Origin: Octopus sinensis
Taxonomy: Eukaryota
Direction of reading: 5' to 3'
NCBI RefSeq assembly: GCF_006345805.1
Contig: NC_042999.1
Coordinates: 46,500,001-46,564,000 of the forward strand
Length of the DNA stretch: 64,000 bases
Positions 53,290-64,000 of this stretch are shown here, piece by piece. The first letter of the stretch is position 1. The number at the start of each line of letters is the position of its first letter. The position numbers and the translations under genes were made by a program. The notes below the pieces were generated by a model, which saw only the letters and a list, made by a program, of their open reading frames with translations, ran no database searches and was not told the origin of the DNA.

Positions 53290-53531
53290 TGGGGATTAGA
53301 CTCTTACCAGATCGACGTCCCTGTGATTGTGATCTCTTGAGCACCACCAGCAAAACAATTTTTTTCCTCTGTCTTCCCTTCTCGGGATCTTTCCTTCTCC
53401 TTTGTTTCCGACGAAGAGCTCCGCTCGAAACGTTAAACCCTCCTTCCCTTCTTTCCTGAGCGTCAAATAATACTTTAATTGTTCCACGTCCTCACGTTGC
53501 TGTGTTTTTTTCTGTGTTTTCTTGTTTGGAT

Positions 53532-53535
<4 letters not shown>
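53290..53535 (+). mobile_element. Probable Penelope-like terminal (pLTR) fragment with a hammerhead motif at 53404-53438
   Basis: GTTT-CCGACGA-A-GAGC/tcc/GCTC-GAA-ACGT-T-AAAC; abuts (TA)n. Confidence 0.6.
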
Positions 53536-53596
<61 letters not shown>

Positions 53597-53854
53597 TGTG
53601 TGTGTGTGTGTATACACATATACATAGCAATGTATGTGTGTGTGTTTGTGTTGGTCCTCGAACAGCCTCTTAACTGCGATTGGTTTGCTTACGTACAAAT
53701 AATCTAAAGTTTCGGCATCGGTAACTGATAAAACCAATACAGAATTTAAGACAGCGTGGCATCTTGGGCAAGTGTCTTCTGCTATAGCAAATACTTACTG
53801 ATAAAAATATGAGAATAATATAAGGATAATAAAATATATATATAAATTTCCTAT

Positions 53855-54250
53855 ACGGCTGTGTGGTAAGTAGCTTGCTAACCAACCACATGGTTCTGGG
53901 TTCAGTCCCACTGCGTGGCATCTTGGGCTAGTGTCTTCTGCTATAGCCTCGGGCCGACCAAAACCTTGTGAGTGGATTTGGTAGACGGAAACTGAAAGAA
54001 GCCTGTCGTATATATGTATATATATATATAAGTATGTGTGTGTGTGTATGTTTGTGTGTCTGTGTTTGTCCCTCTAGAATTGCTTGACAACCGATGCTGG
54101 TGTGTTTACATTCCCGTCACTTAGCGTTTCGGCAAAATAGACCGATAGAATAAGTACTGGGCTTACAAAGAATAAGTCGCGGGGTGGATTTGCTCGACTA
54201 AAGGTGGTGCTCCAGCATGGCCGCAGTCAAATGACTGAAACAAGTAAAAG
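53855..54250 (+). mobile_element. SINE family A
   Basis: Matches the family A consensus. Confidence 0.9.
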
Positions 54251-54499
54251 AGTATACATTCATACACACATACATGCATACACACATATCTACATCGATA
54301 CATAGATACATACATATATACATACATACATACATACATACATACATACATACATACATACATACATACATACATGCATGCATATATGCATACAGACATA
54401 CATGCATGCATGAATGCATACACACACACACAGACATACATGCATATATACATACGTACTTACATGCATACATACATACATGATATTTCAATAGATATG

Positions 54500-54870
54500 G
54501 TGGAGAGATGACAGAATTGGTAGCACGCCGGATAAAATTCTTAGCAGCATTTCATCCGTCTTTATGTTCTGAGTTCAAATTTCGCCGAGGTCGAATTTGT
54601 CTTTCATACTTTCGGGGTCGATAAAATAAGTACGCGTCAAACAAGTGGTGTCGATATTATCAACTAGACACCTTCTCCAAAATTGCAAGCCTTGTGTCTA
54701 TAATCGAAAGAACTATTATATATAACGGCTTAGTTACAGAGTCGTTAGCATGCGGAACAAAATATTTAGCAACATTTTCTTCATCTGTACGTTCTGAGTT
54801 CAAATTCCACCGAGGTTGACTTCGCTATTCATTCTTTCGGTGATCGATAAATTAAATAGCAGTCAAATCC
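54500..54870 (+). mobile_element. Two degenerate tandem SINE family B copies
   Basis: gttctgagttcaaatt..ccgaggt.ga.tt at ~54570 and ~54790. Confidence 0.8.
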
Positions 54871-55194
54871 TACTTTCTTTGGATTCACAGTCACTGATAG
54901 GGTTGTGGGGTTGGGATGCCTTGTGAAACACAGTGTATCTTGGATATTTTAAACATGGTGGATCTCAGCGCCGGTGAGGCTAAAATATATGTTGATTTCG
55001 AGAGAGAGAGAGAGAGAGATAGAGAGGAAAAGAGAGACAGAAAGAGAGAGACAGAAAGAGATAGAGAGAAATAGAGAAAGAGAGATGGACAGAGAGAGAG
55101 AGAGGGAGAGAGGGGATGACAGAAAGAGTTCGGGGTAGATTTATGATCAGATATGCGGAAAAAGGAGAGAGAGAAAGTTGTTAGACCTATGATA

Positions 55195-57530
55195 GAAATC
55201 GACCAACCAGCCAAAAAGACGAGTCACCGACCTACCAAAAAACCAGCCAACCAACCGACAAACCAATCAAGCAGGCGATCCACCGATCAACTAGGCGATC
55301 CACCGACCAACCAATCAAACAACAAACCAACCAGCCGACCAACCGACCAACCGGACAACCAGCCAAACAATCGACAAACCAACCAACCAGCCGACCCACC
55401 GACCAACCGACCAACCAACCAGCCAGCAAACCCACGCCCAACCAACCAACCAGCCGACTCACGACCAACCGACCGACCAACCAACCAACCAACCAACCAA
55501 CCAACCAACCAACCAACCAACCAGCCGACCCACAACCAACCAACCAACCAACCAGCCAACCAACCGACACATCAACCAACCGACAAATCAACCAACCAGC
55601 CGACAAACGACCAACCGTCCAGCCGACCAGCCGACCCACTGACCAACCAGCCAACCGACCAACCAACCGACAAACCAACTAGCCAGCCGACCCAACGACC
55701 AACCACCCAACCTACCAACAAATCAACCAACCAGCCAACCAACCGACAAACCAACCAACCACCCGACACACGACCAACCGACCAACCAACCAGCCGACCA
55801 ACCGACTAACCAGCCAACCAACCAGCCGACACACCGACCAACCAACCAACCAACCAACCAACCAACCAACCAACCAACCAACAAGCCAACCAACCGACAA
55901 ACCAACCAACCAGCCGACCCACGACCAACCGACCAACCAGCAAACCACCCGACCCACGACCAATCGACCAACTAACCAACCAGCCGATTCACCGACAAAC
56001 CAACCAGCCAGCCAACCAACCGACAAACCAACCAACCAACCGACACACGACCAACCGACCAACCAACCAACCAGCCGACAAACGACCAACTGACCAACAA
56101 ACCAACCAGCCGATTCACCGACCAACCAGCCAGCCAGGCAACCAACCGACAAACGACCAACTGACCAACAAACCAACCAGCCGATTCACCGACCAACCAA
56201 CCAGCCAGGCAACCAACCGACAAACCAACCAACCAGCTGACCCACGACCAACCGACCAACCGACCAACCAACCATCCAGCCGACCCACCGACCAACCAAC
56301 CAACCAACCAACCAACCAACCAACCAGCCAGGCAACCAACCGACAAACCAACCAACCAGCTGACCCACGACCAACCGACCAACCGACAAAACAACCAACC
56401 AACCTACACACGACCAACCGACTAACCAACCAACCAGCCGACACACACCAGCCGACCAACCAACCAACCAACCAACCAACCAACCAACCAACCAACAAGC
56501 CAACCAACCGACAAACCAACCAACCAGCCGACCCACGACCAACCGACCAACCAGCAAACCACCCGACCCACGACCAATCGACCAACTAACCAACCAGCCG
56601 ATTCACCGACAAACCAACCAGCCAGCCAACCAACCGACAAACCAACCAACCAACCGACACACGACCAACCGACCAACCAACCAACCAGCCGACAAACGAC
56701 CAACTGACCAACAAACCAACCAGCCGATTCACCGACCAACCAACCAACAGCCGATTCACCGACAAACCAACCAGCCGACAAACGACCAACTGACCAACAA
56801 ACCAACCAGCCGATTCACCGACCAACCAACCAGCCAGGCAACCAACCGACAAACCAACCAACCAGCTGACCCACGACCAACCGACCAACCGACCAACCGA
56901 CCAACCAACCATCCAGCCGACCCACCGACCAACCAACCAACCAACCAACCAACCAACCAACCAACCAACCAGCCAGGCAACCAACCGATAAACCAACCAA
57001 CCAGCTGACCCACGACCAACCGACCAACCGACAAAACAACCAACCAACCGACACACGACCAACCGACTAACCAACCAACCAGCCGACAAACGACCAACCG
57101 ACCAACCAACCAACCAACAAGCCAACCCACCGACCAACCAGCCAACCAGCCAACCTCACCGACAAACCAACTAACCAGCCGACCCACGACCAACCGACCA
57201 ACCGACCAACCAGCCAGCCGACCCACGACCAACTGACCAACCAACCTACCAACCAACCAGCCGACCCACCGCTCAACCAACCAACCAGCAAACCAACCGA
57301 CCAACCAACCAGCCGACCCACGACCAACCGACCAACCAACCAACCAACCAGCCGACACACGACCAACCGACCAACCAACCAACCAACCAGCCGACACACG
57401 ACCAGCCGACCAACCAACCAACCAACCAGCCGACACACGACCAACCGACCAACCAACCAGTTAACCAACCGACAAACCAACCAACCAGCCATCCAGCCAA
57501 CCAGCCAACCGACCCACTATCTAACCAACT
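55195..57530. repeat. 2.3-kb degenerate (ACCA/ACCG)n tandem array with ~615-645-bp higher-order repeat
   Basis: Diagnostic variants recur at offsets 614 (caatcg 55961/56575), 637 (catcc 56273/56910) and 645 (gacaaaac 56385/57030). Confidence 0.95.
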
Positions 57531-57864
57531 GTTATTTTTATATAAAGGTCACTTAATTAAAGATGGGTTGGTCACGACGTGGGACTACTTTATCTTACCC
57601 GCTTTTTACTGTTTTATTTAATTATTATTAGTATTTATTATTAGTATTTATTATTGTTTATTACTGCTTTATATATTTATACACTTTTACATTGTTTAAG
57701 CTGTTGTTGTTGTTGTTGTGTTGTTGTTGTAGTATTAAGTTTGTTGTGATAGTTATAAGACATATTTAAAAAAAAAATACTTGGACCGGAAAAGATAGCA
57801 TTGTTTATAATAAGTGTGTATGTACATAATACATACATATATATGTGCGTGTGTATATACATAC

Positions 57865-57895
<31 letters not shown>

Positions 57896-58059
57896 AGTGT
57901 GTGTTTGTGTGTGTAGGTAGGTAGGTTAATATATAAATGTATACACACACATATACATGTGTATGTATGTACGTATGTATGTAATGTATGTGTATGTATA
58001 CATGTGTGCGTATACATGTATGTATATATTTATGTGTGTATATCTTCCTGTTTGGGTTT

Positions 58060-58312
58060 GTCTCTCAAGACAGCTTGACAACCGGCGTTCACGTCCCCGT
58101 AACTTAGTGGTGCGGCAAAAAGAGACCCATAGAATGAGTAACAGACTTTAAAACAAATACTGGAATCGATTTATTCAATTAAACTATTCAAGGCGGTGCT
58201 CCAGCATGACCACAGTACAATAACTAAAACAAAACACGCATATATATATATATGTACGTATGTATATATGTATACATACACACACGCACACACATACGCG
58301 CGCACGCACTCA

Positions 58313-58375
<63 letters not shown>

Positions 58376-58625
58376 TCATACACATATACGAGACCAAAAG
58401 AATAAACAGTGCTAAACTTTATAAAAGAAAAAATACTGAAATAAAAAAAATGAAAAAATATAAGGATAATAAAATATAGATAAATTTCCTATACGGCTGT
58501 GTGGTAAGTAGCTTGCTAACCAACCACATGGTTCCGGGTTCAGTCCCACTGCGTGGCATCTTGGGCAAGTGTCTTCTGCTATAGCCTCGGGCCGACCAAA
58601 GCCGACCATATCCTTGCGAGTGGAT
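58060..58625 (+). mobile_element. SINE family A fragments (tail 58060-58235, head 58495-58625)
   Basis: Matches family A segments. Confidence 0.85.
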
Positions 58626-59309
58626 TTGGCAGTTCAGTGACTGAAATGAATAAAAGAATGCATTTGATATATATAGGAATATGCGTATATCTATGCACCA
58701 AAATATATATAAATCAAATATACGATATAATACTTGACGGAAAGTATAAATAACTGATACATAATTTTTTAAGGCATTACATTACGGATTTCCGGTTTTC
58801 TCTCACAATAAACAATTTTTTTTTATTTCCGTGCCATTGAACTTATCCGATGAGTCGAAAAGATATAAATTTCCAGTGGTTGTTACACAAATGAGTTTAG
58901 ATTAAAGAAAACAGAAAATGCGTGGGCAGCTCAAATCTACCGAGCTGAACAGATTTGTATCTACAGGTTTAAATATTGTCCATAGAGGCATAACCCGTAA
59001 ATTATTCAAAATGAATTTAGATTGTTAGACGTATTATCAAAGAGGTAGTAAGATTCAAATGAAGTTAACACAGTTTTGTTTACAGACATTATAACACGTT
59101 GAAATGATACGAAAAATCATTATAAGTACATAAAACTCGAGGCTTCAAAACTGGTTGTCTCCTACGCACCACATTTAAACATATAGTTTCTTTTGTTTGC
59201 CGTATAATGTGGCATGCCAATGTTACCTTAAAATAAATTTTAAAATTGTTCTTCTGACACCTCATTCATAATTTTCTTGGAAATTTCTTTGGAAATAGCC
59301 CATCCTAAA

Positions 59310-61065
59310 TATTGGTTTCAAACTTTGTCACAAGGCCAGCGATTTCGGGGAGAAGCGTTAAGTTGATTTCATCGAAACAAATGTTCAACCGATACTTATT
59401 TTATCGACCCCTGTGGTCAACTGGTTCTATTTTTTTGTTGACCCTAATGGTCAATTAGTACTTATCTTATCATTCCCGAAAGGATGAAAAGCACAGGCGA
59501 ACTCGGCGGCATTTGACCATAGAAGGTAAAGTCGGTACAAAAAAGACGCTAATTATTTTACCCGGCGCCGTAGCGATTCCGTCAACTCACTCACACTAAA
59601 TATTCTTTTCTACTGTAGGCACAAGGCTCGAAATTTTGGGGGAGGGAGTCAGTCGATTACCTCGACCCCAGTACGCGAATGGTACTTAATTTATCAATCC
59701 CGAAAGGATGAAAGGCAAAGTCGACCTAGGCGGAATTTGAACTCAGAACGTAACGGCAGACGAAACACCGCTAAGCATTTCACCTAGCGTGCTAACATTT
59801 CTTATTTCTTTATTGCCCACAAGGGGCTAAACATAGAGGAGACAAACAAGGACAGACAAACGGATTAAGTCGATTACATCGACACCAGTGCGTAACTGGT
59901 ACATAATTTATAAACCCCGAAAGGATGAATGGCAAAGACGACCTCGGTGGAATTTGAACTCAGAACGTAACGGCAGACGAAATAAGGCTACGCATTTTTC
60001 CCGGCGTGCTAACGTTTCTCCCAGCTCGCCGCTTTAATATACATATTTATATATGTATTTCTTTATTGCCCATAGGAGGCTAAACATAGAGGGGCAAACA
60101 AGGACAGACAAGGGCTTTAAGTCGATTACATCAACCCCAGTGCATAACTGGTACTTATTTAATCGACCCCGAAAGATGATAGGCAAAGTGGACCTCGGCG
60201 GAATTTGAACTCAGAACGTAACGGCAAACGAAATACCTATTTCTTTACTACCCACAAGGAGCTAAATACAGATGAGACAAACAAGGACAGACAAAGGTAT
60301 TAAGTCGATTATATCGACCCCAGTGCGTAACTGGTACTTAATTTATCGACCCCGAAGGATGAATGGCAAGACGACCTCGGTGGAATTTGAACTCAGAACG
60401 TAACGGCAGACGAAATAAGGCTACGCATTTTTCCCGGCGTGCTAACGTTTCTCCCAGCTCGCCGCTTTAATATACATATTTATATATGTATTTCTTATTG
60501 CCCATAGGAGGCTAAACATAGAGGGGCAAACAAGGACAGACAAGGGCTTTAAGTCGATTACATCAACCCCAGTGCATAACTGGTACTTATTTAATCGACC
60601 CCGAAAAGATGATAGGCAAAGTGGACCTCGGCGGAATTTGAACTCAGAACGTAACGGCAAACGAAATACCTATTTCTTTACTACCCACAAGGAGCTAAAT
60701 ACAGATGAGACAAACAAGGACAGACAAAGGTATTAAGTCGATTATATCGACCCCAGTGCGTAACTGGTACTTAATTTATCGACCCCGAAAGGATGAAAGA
60801 CAAAGTCGACCTAGGCGGAATTTGAACTCAGAACGTAACGGCAAATGAAATACCTATTTCTTTACTACCCACAAGGGGCTAAATACAGATGAGACAAACA
60901 AGGACAGACAAAGGTATTAAGTCGATTATATCGACCCCAGTGCGTAACTGGTACTTAATTTATCGACCCCGAAAGGATGAAAGACAAAGTGGACCTAGGC
61001 GAGATTTGAACTCAGAACGTAGCGGCAAACGAAATATTGCAAAGTTTTTCTCCCGGCGTTCTAAC
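59310..61065 (-). mobile_element. Head-to-tail array of about 8 SINE family B units
   Basis: ~180-230-bp units; 433-bp near-exact internal duplication (gctttaatat at 60031 and 60464). Confidence 0.95.
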
Positions 61066-61732
61066 GTTTCTGCCAGCTCGCCGCTTTCAACCACTCTAGA
61101 TATTAGCAGCGGGCACGGACATTTTATATCTTGAGACGGAGAGTTGGAGAAACCTGCGAAATATAATTAATATCACTAGTAATCTTAATGATATATATAG
61201 TCTCATATCTAGTAGTATAGTTAATTGTTGCTTAGTATACAAAGACATATAGCCACAGAAACATTTATATATGTTTAATTTAATACTGTGACATTTTTAG
61301 TTATAAGAAATGTACATCATTTTACATATATTGCATAACTAGAATCTACACACACGCGCCCACGCGTCTATGTATATATACATGTATGTGCATGTGTACG
61401 TGAATGTGTGTGAGTGTGAGTGTGTGTGAGTGTGTGTGTGAGAGTGTGTGTGTGTGTGTGAGTGTGTGTGTGTGAGTTTGTGTGTGAGAGTATTGTGTAA
61501 ATGTGTGCATGTGAGTTTGTGGCTATGCGGTGAGAAGTTTGTTTCCCAACAACCTGGTTCCAGGCACAATCCCACTAAGTAACACATTAGATATGTTACT
61601 CTCTTCTACTATATTCTCCTGTGGCCGATGAAATCCTCGTGACTAGATTTGATAGGAAGAAACTGAAAAAGACCGTCATGTATATATAAATACAAATACA
61701 TACATATATTATATATGTATATATATATATAT

Positions 61733-61910
61733 CTTTCGTTATATATATAAAACTGAGAATGTGTGTCTGTCTGTCTGTGTGTTTCCCTAAAACTTGAGAA
61801 CTACACAACCAATTTCATTCAAATTTTACACATACCTTACTTAGGGTCCATGTAGTTTCATAGGCAAAAAAAATGTTCAACTTCTTGCCTAGAGCGAACC
61901 CATAGCAATA
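61733..61910 (+). mobile_element. Helitron/DINE-like 5' end fragment
   Basis: tatatatataaaactgagaatgtgtgtctgtctgtctg, followed by ccaatttcattcaaattttacaca typical of Helitron-N 5' regions. Confidence 0.45.
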
Positions 61911-62756
61911 TCATATCTTCTCCACTATTTTAGTATTACGTGTTAAAAGTGAAACAAAAACATTTCTCTATTTTATGTCAGATGCCTTCACTTTAACAAT
62001 AGAAATAATAATAACAATTGAATTATATGTAGTAAGTAATAATTAAAATCAAACTAAAGTATAATATAATCGTAACATAACAAAAGTAAAAATAGCAATT
62101 GGTATAAAATTGCATCAATGATCTGAACTTGAATAAGTAGTTTCACATGAATGAGAATAAATTAAAAATAAAATTAGTGTGCAGAAATGGAATAGTCCAG
62201 ATGGATGATAAAAAATTAAATTAGAGAAAAGTCTATAAAGTATACAATGTAGAGAAAAAAGAAGATTTGAACACCTGGAGGAAAGCACCTTCGAAAAGTG
62301 TCTTAGTGCGACTTCAAAGGATATCTAACCAGAGGCGCTAAATTCGCCACAATAGAAGCAAGTTTCGAGTCAACGGAGCGTGCAAGAGAGTACTCGACTC
62401 GAACTTGCAAAGTGGAAATATTTTATTTTAACCTTTATATCTGGGACGTAGGACGTCCCGGGTAAAAATTAACCCCCCCCCACCAGAAGTAGAGGTAGGC
62501 TGGATTATAGCCACACTTCTATACAAGAGGGAGGACAAGATACAATTGATTGAAATTACAAGAGACGGGCTAAAAATTCCAGTCTGTTATATATTTTGAG
62601 TATTGTTATCACTAGCGATATCAAGATATAACTTTGTATTTTGTATTTTATGTGTAGATGTATATATATAGATGTACATGTAATATGTACACATATATAT
62701 ACACATATATACATGCACTGGCACTATGACCCGGCAACGACTGGTCATAATGCTAG

Positions 62757-62788
<32 letters not shown>

Positions 62789-62855
62789 TACATATACATA
62801 TATACTTATATACACAAATATATATGGATATATATATGTATATATTTATTAAGAG

Positions 62856-62892
<37 letters not shown>

Positions 62893-62893
<1 letters not shown>

Positions 62894-63401
62894 TAGCAGT
62901 ATCACCCGGCGTTGCTCGGGTTTGTAAGGGAAATAACTATATAAGCATTTTTAGAGAGTTACTTCCCTTATAAATTCGGGCTTTCTTAGCCATTTTTGTT
63001 TTGGTGTCTTCAAGCCATGAAGTCGTTGTTCTAAAAGAACGCTGGTCTCCTTCACAACGCATTACGACGTTGATTTCTTTACACTCCCTTCCCCACAGCT
63101 TCACGAGGGAGGGAAGAAGGGGGAGAAGCAAACAGGTGCAGCTGTGAGCGTGGACGCCAACTCCGCCGCCATCGACACACGATGCATTTTATGCATTAAA
63201 ATGGAATAAAAAATGATGTTAAATTATTTTTAAAATCGTAGACTCATCGTTGACGCGCGCTAATAGTCAGACGGGCTCGATATGAATCACGACTATAAGA
63301 TACCCGAATTTGGTTAAACTGCACCGCAAAATGTGGGAGGAGTTAGGAATCTAAATCGAAGGGGACAGACACTCATACAACTAGAGTTTTATATATATAG
63401 A
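62893..63401 (-). mobile_element. Full-length 509-bp non-autonomous Helitron
   Basis: 5' A|TC at 63401; 3' CCCGAGCAACGCCGGG hairpin and CTAG|T at 62896-62893; homologous to 19332-19689. Confidence 0.9.
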
Positions 63402-63414
63402 TATATATGGCTTG

Positions 63415-63760
63415 ACAACTGATGTTAGTTTGTTTACGTCCTCGCAACTTAGTGCTTCAGCAAAATATACCGATAGAGTAAGTACCATAATTTAGATATA
63501 AGTACTGGAGTCAATTTATTTGATTAAAACTCAATGCGTTGCTCCATCATGGCCACTGTCCGTGTACTGAAACAGCAAGTATAGTGGAGAGGATAAGTCG
63601 ATTACGTTGACTCCAATGCTCAACTGGTACTTATTTTATCGACCTTGGGAGTATGATAAGCAAAGTCAACCTCCGGGGAATTTGAACTCGGAACGTAAGG
63701 ACGTTTAAAATGCCAGTAAGCAGGTTGCTCGGCGTGTGAACAATGCTGCCATTTCGCTGA
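63415..63760. mobile_element. Degenerate SINE A tail (+) followed by SINE B (-)
   Basis: Matches the respective consensus segments. Confidence 0.7.
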
Positions 63761-63889
63761 CTTAGTCATAACAACGTTTACAATATATGCAAACTTATAC
63801 TTACGCTCACACATTCAGAGGCATCTTCTCTCTCTGTCGCTCTCCGTCTTTCTCCCCCCTCTCTGCCTATCTCTTCGTCTCTCTCTCAC

Positions 63890-63927
<38 letters not shown>

Positions 63928-64000
63928 CGTAACGCGGAGTAGACGAAACAGGGACAACTGAAGAAGGGGAATATTCCTTGTGTGGTGTGTCTTGTTTGAA

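Noticed and set aside
55153-57500. Many long ORFs (QPTNQPTN... on +; WLVGWLVG... on -) suggesting a mucin-like or repeat protein
   Set aside because: They are translations of a tetranucleotide-based repeat in every frame; scattered stops, no preserved frame and no splice or start context
59800-61065. CRISPR-like or tRNA-cluster appearance of the regular repeats
   Set aside because: Units are ~180-230-bp SINE bodies with no short repeat plus unique spacer structure, there are no cas genes, and the context is eukaryotic
63940-64000. CTGAAGA followed by a hairpin as a hammerhead
   Set aside because: No GAAA follows the hairpin within the window, and the sequence is truncated at the edge

Overview
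AT-rich, microsatellite-saturated animal genomic DNA. The SINE families and the density of (TA)n/(CA)n/(TATC)n repeats look like an octopod cephalopod (Octopus-type) genome; this is inferred from repeat content only. There is no intact long protein-coding ORF, and nearly all listed ORFs are translations of simple repeats. The window is mostly transposon debris: at least three tRNA-derived SINE families (two forming head-to-tail arrays), fossils of CR1/L2-type, RTE and Tx1/L1-type LINEs, a Penelope-like GIY-YIG fragment, mariner and Tc1 transposases, an unclassified DNA transposon, a Helitron helicase fragment and non-autonomous Helitrons. It also holds three long fold-back palindromes and a 2.3-kb (ACCA/ACCG)n array with a ~620-bp higher-order repeat. 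The most notable signals are four type I hammerhead-ribozyme-like motifs with palindromic stem III. One (38411-38467) has a perfect core but no stem II, like a natural minizyme, and heads a short repeat family whose second copy (14054-14306) sits between 14-bp direct repeats. Short splice-flanked candidate exons occur on both strands and an RFX/X-box-like island lies near 11.6 kb, so the window may be intronic to an unidentified gene, but no gene could be named.
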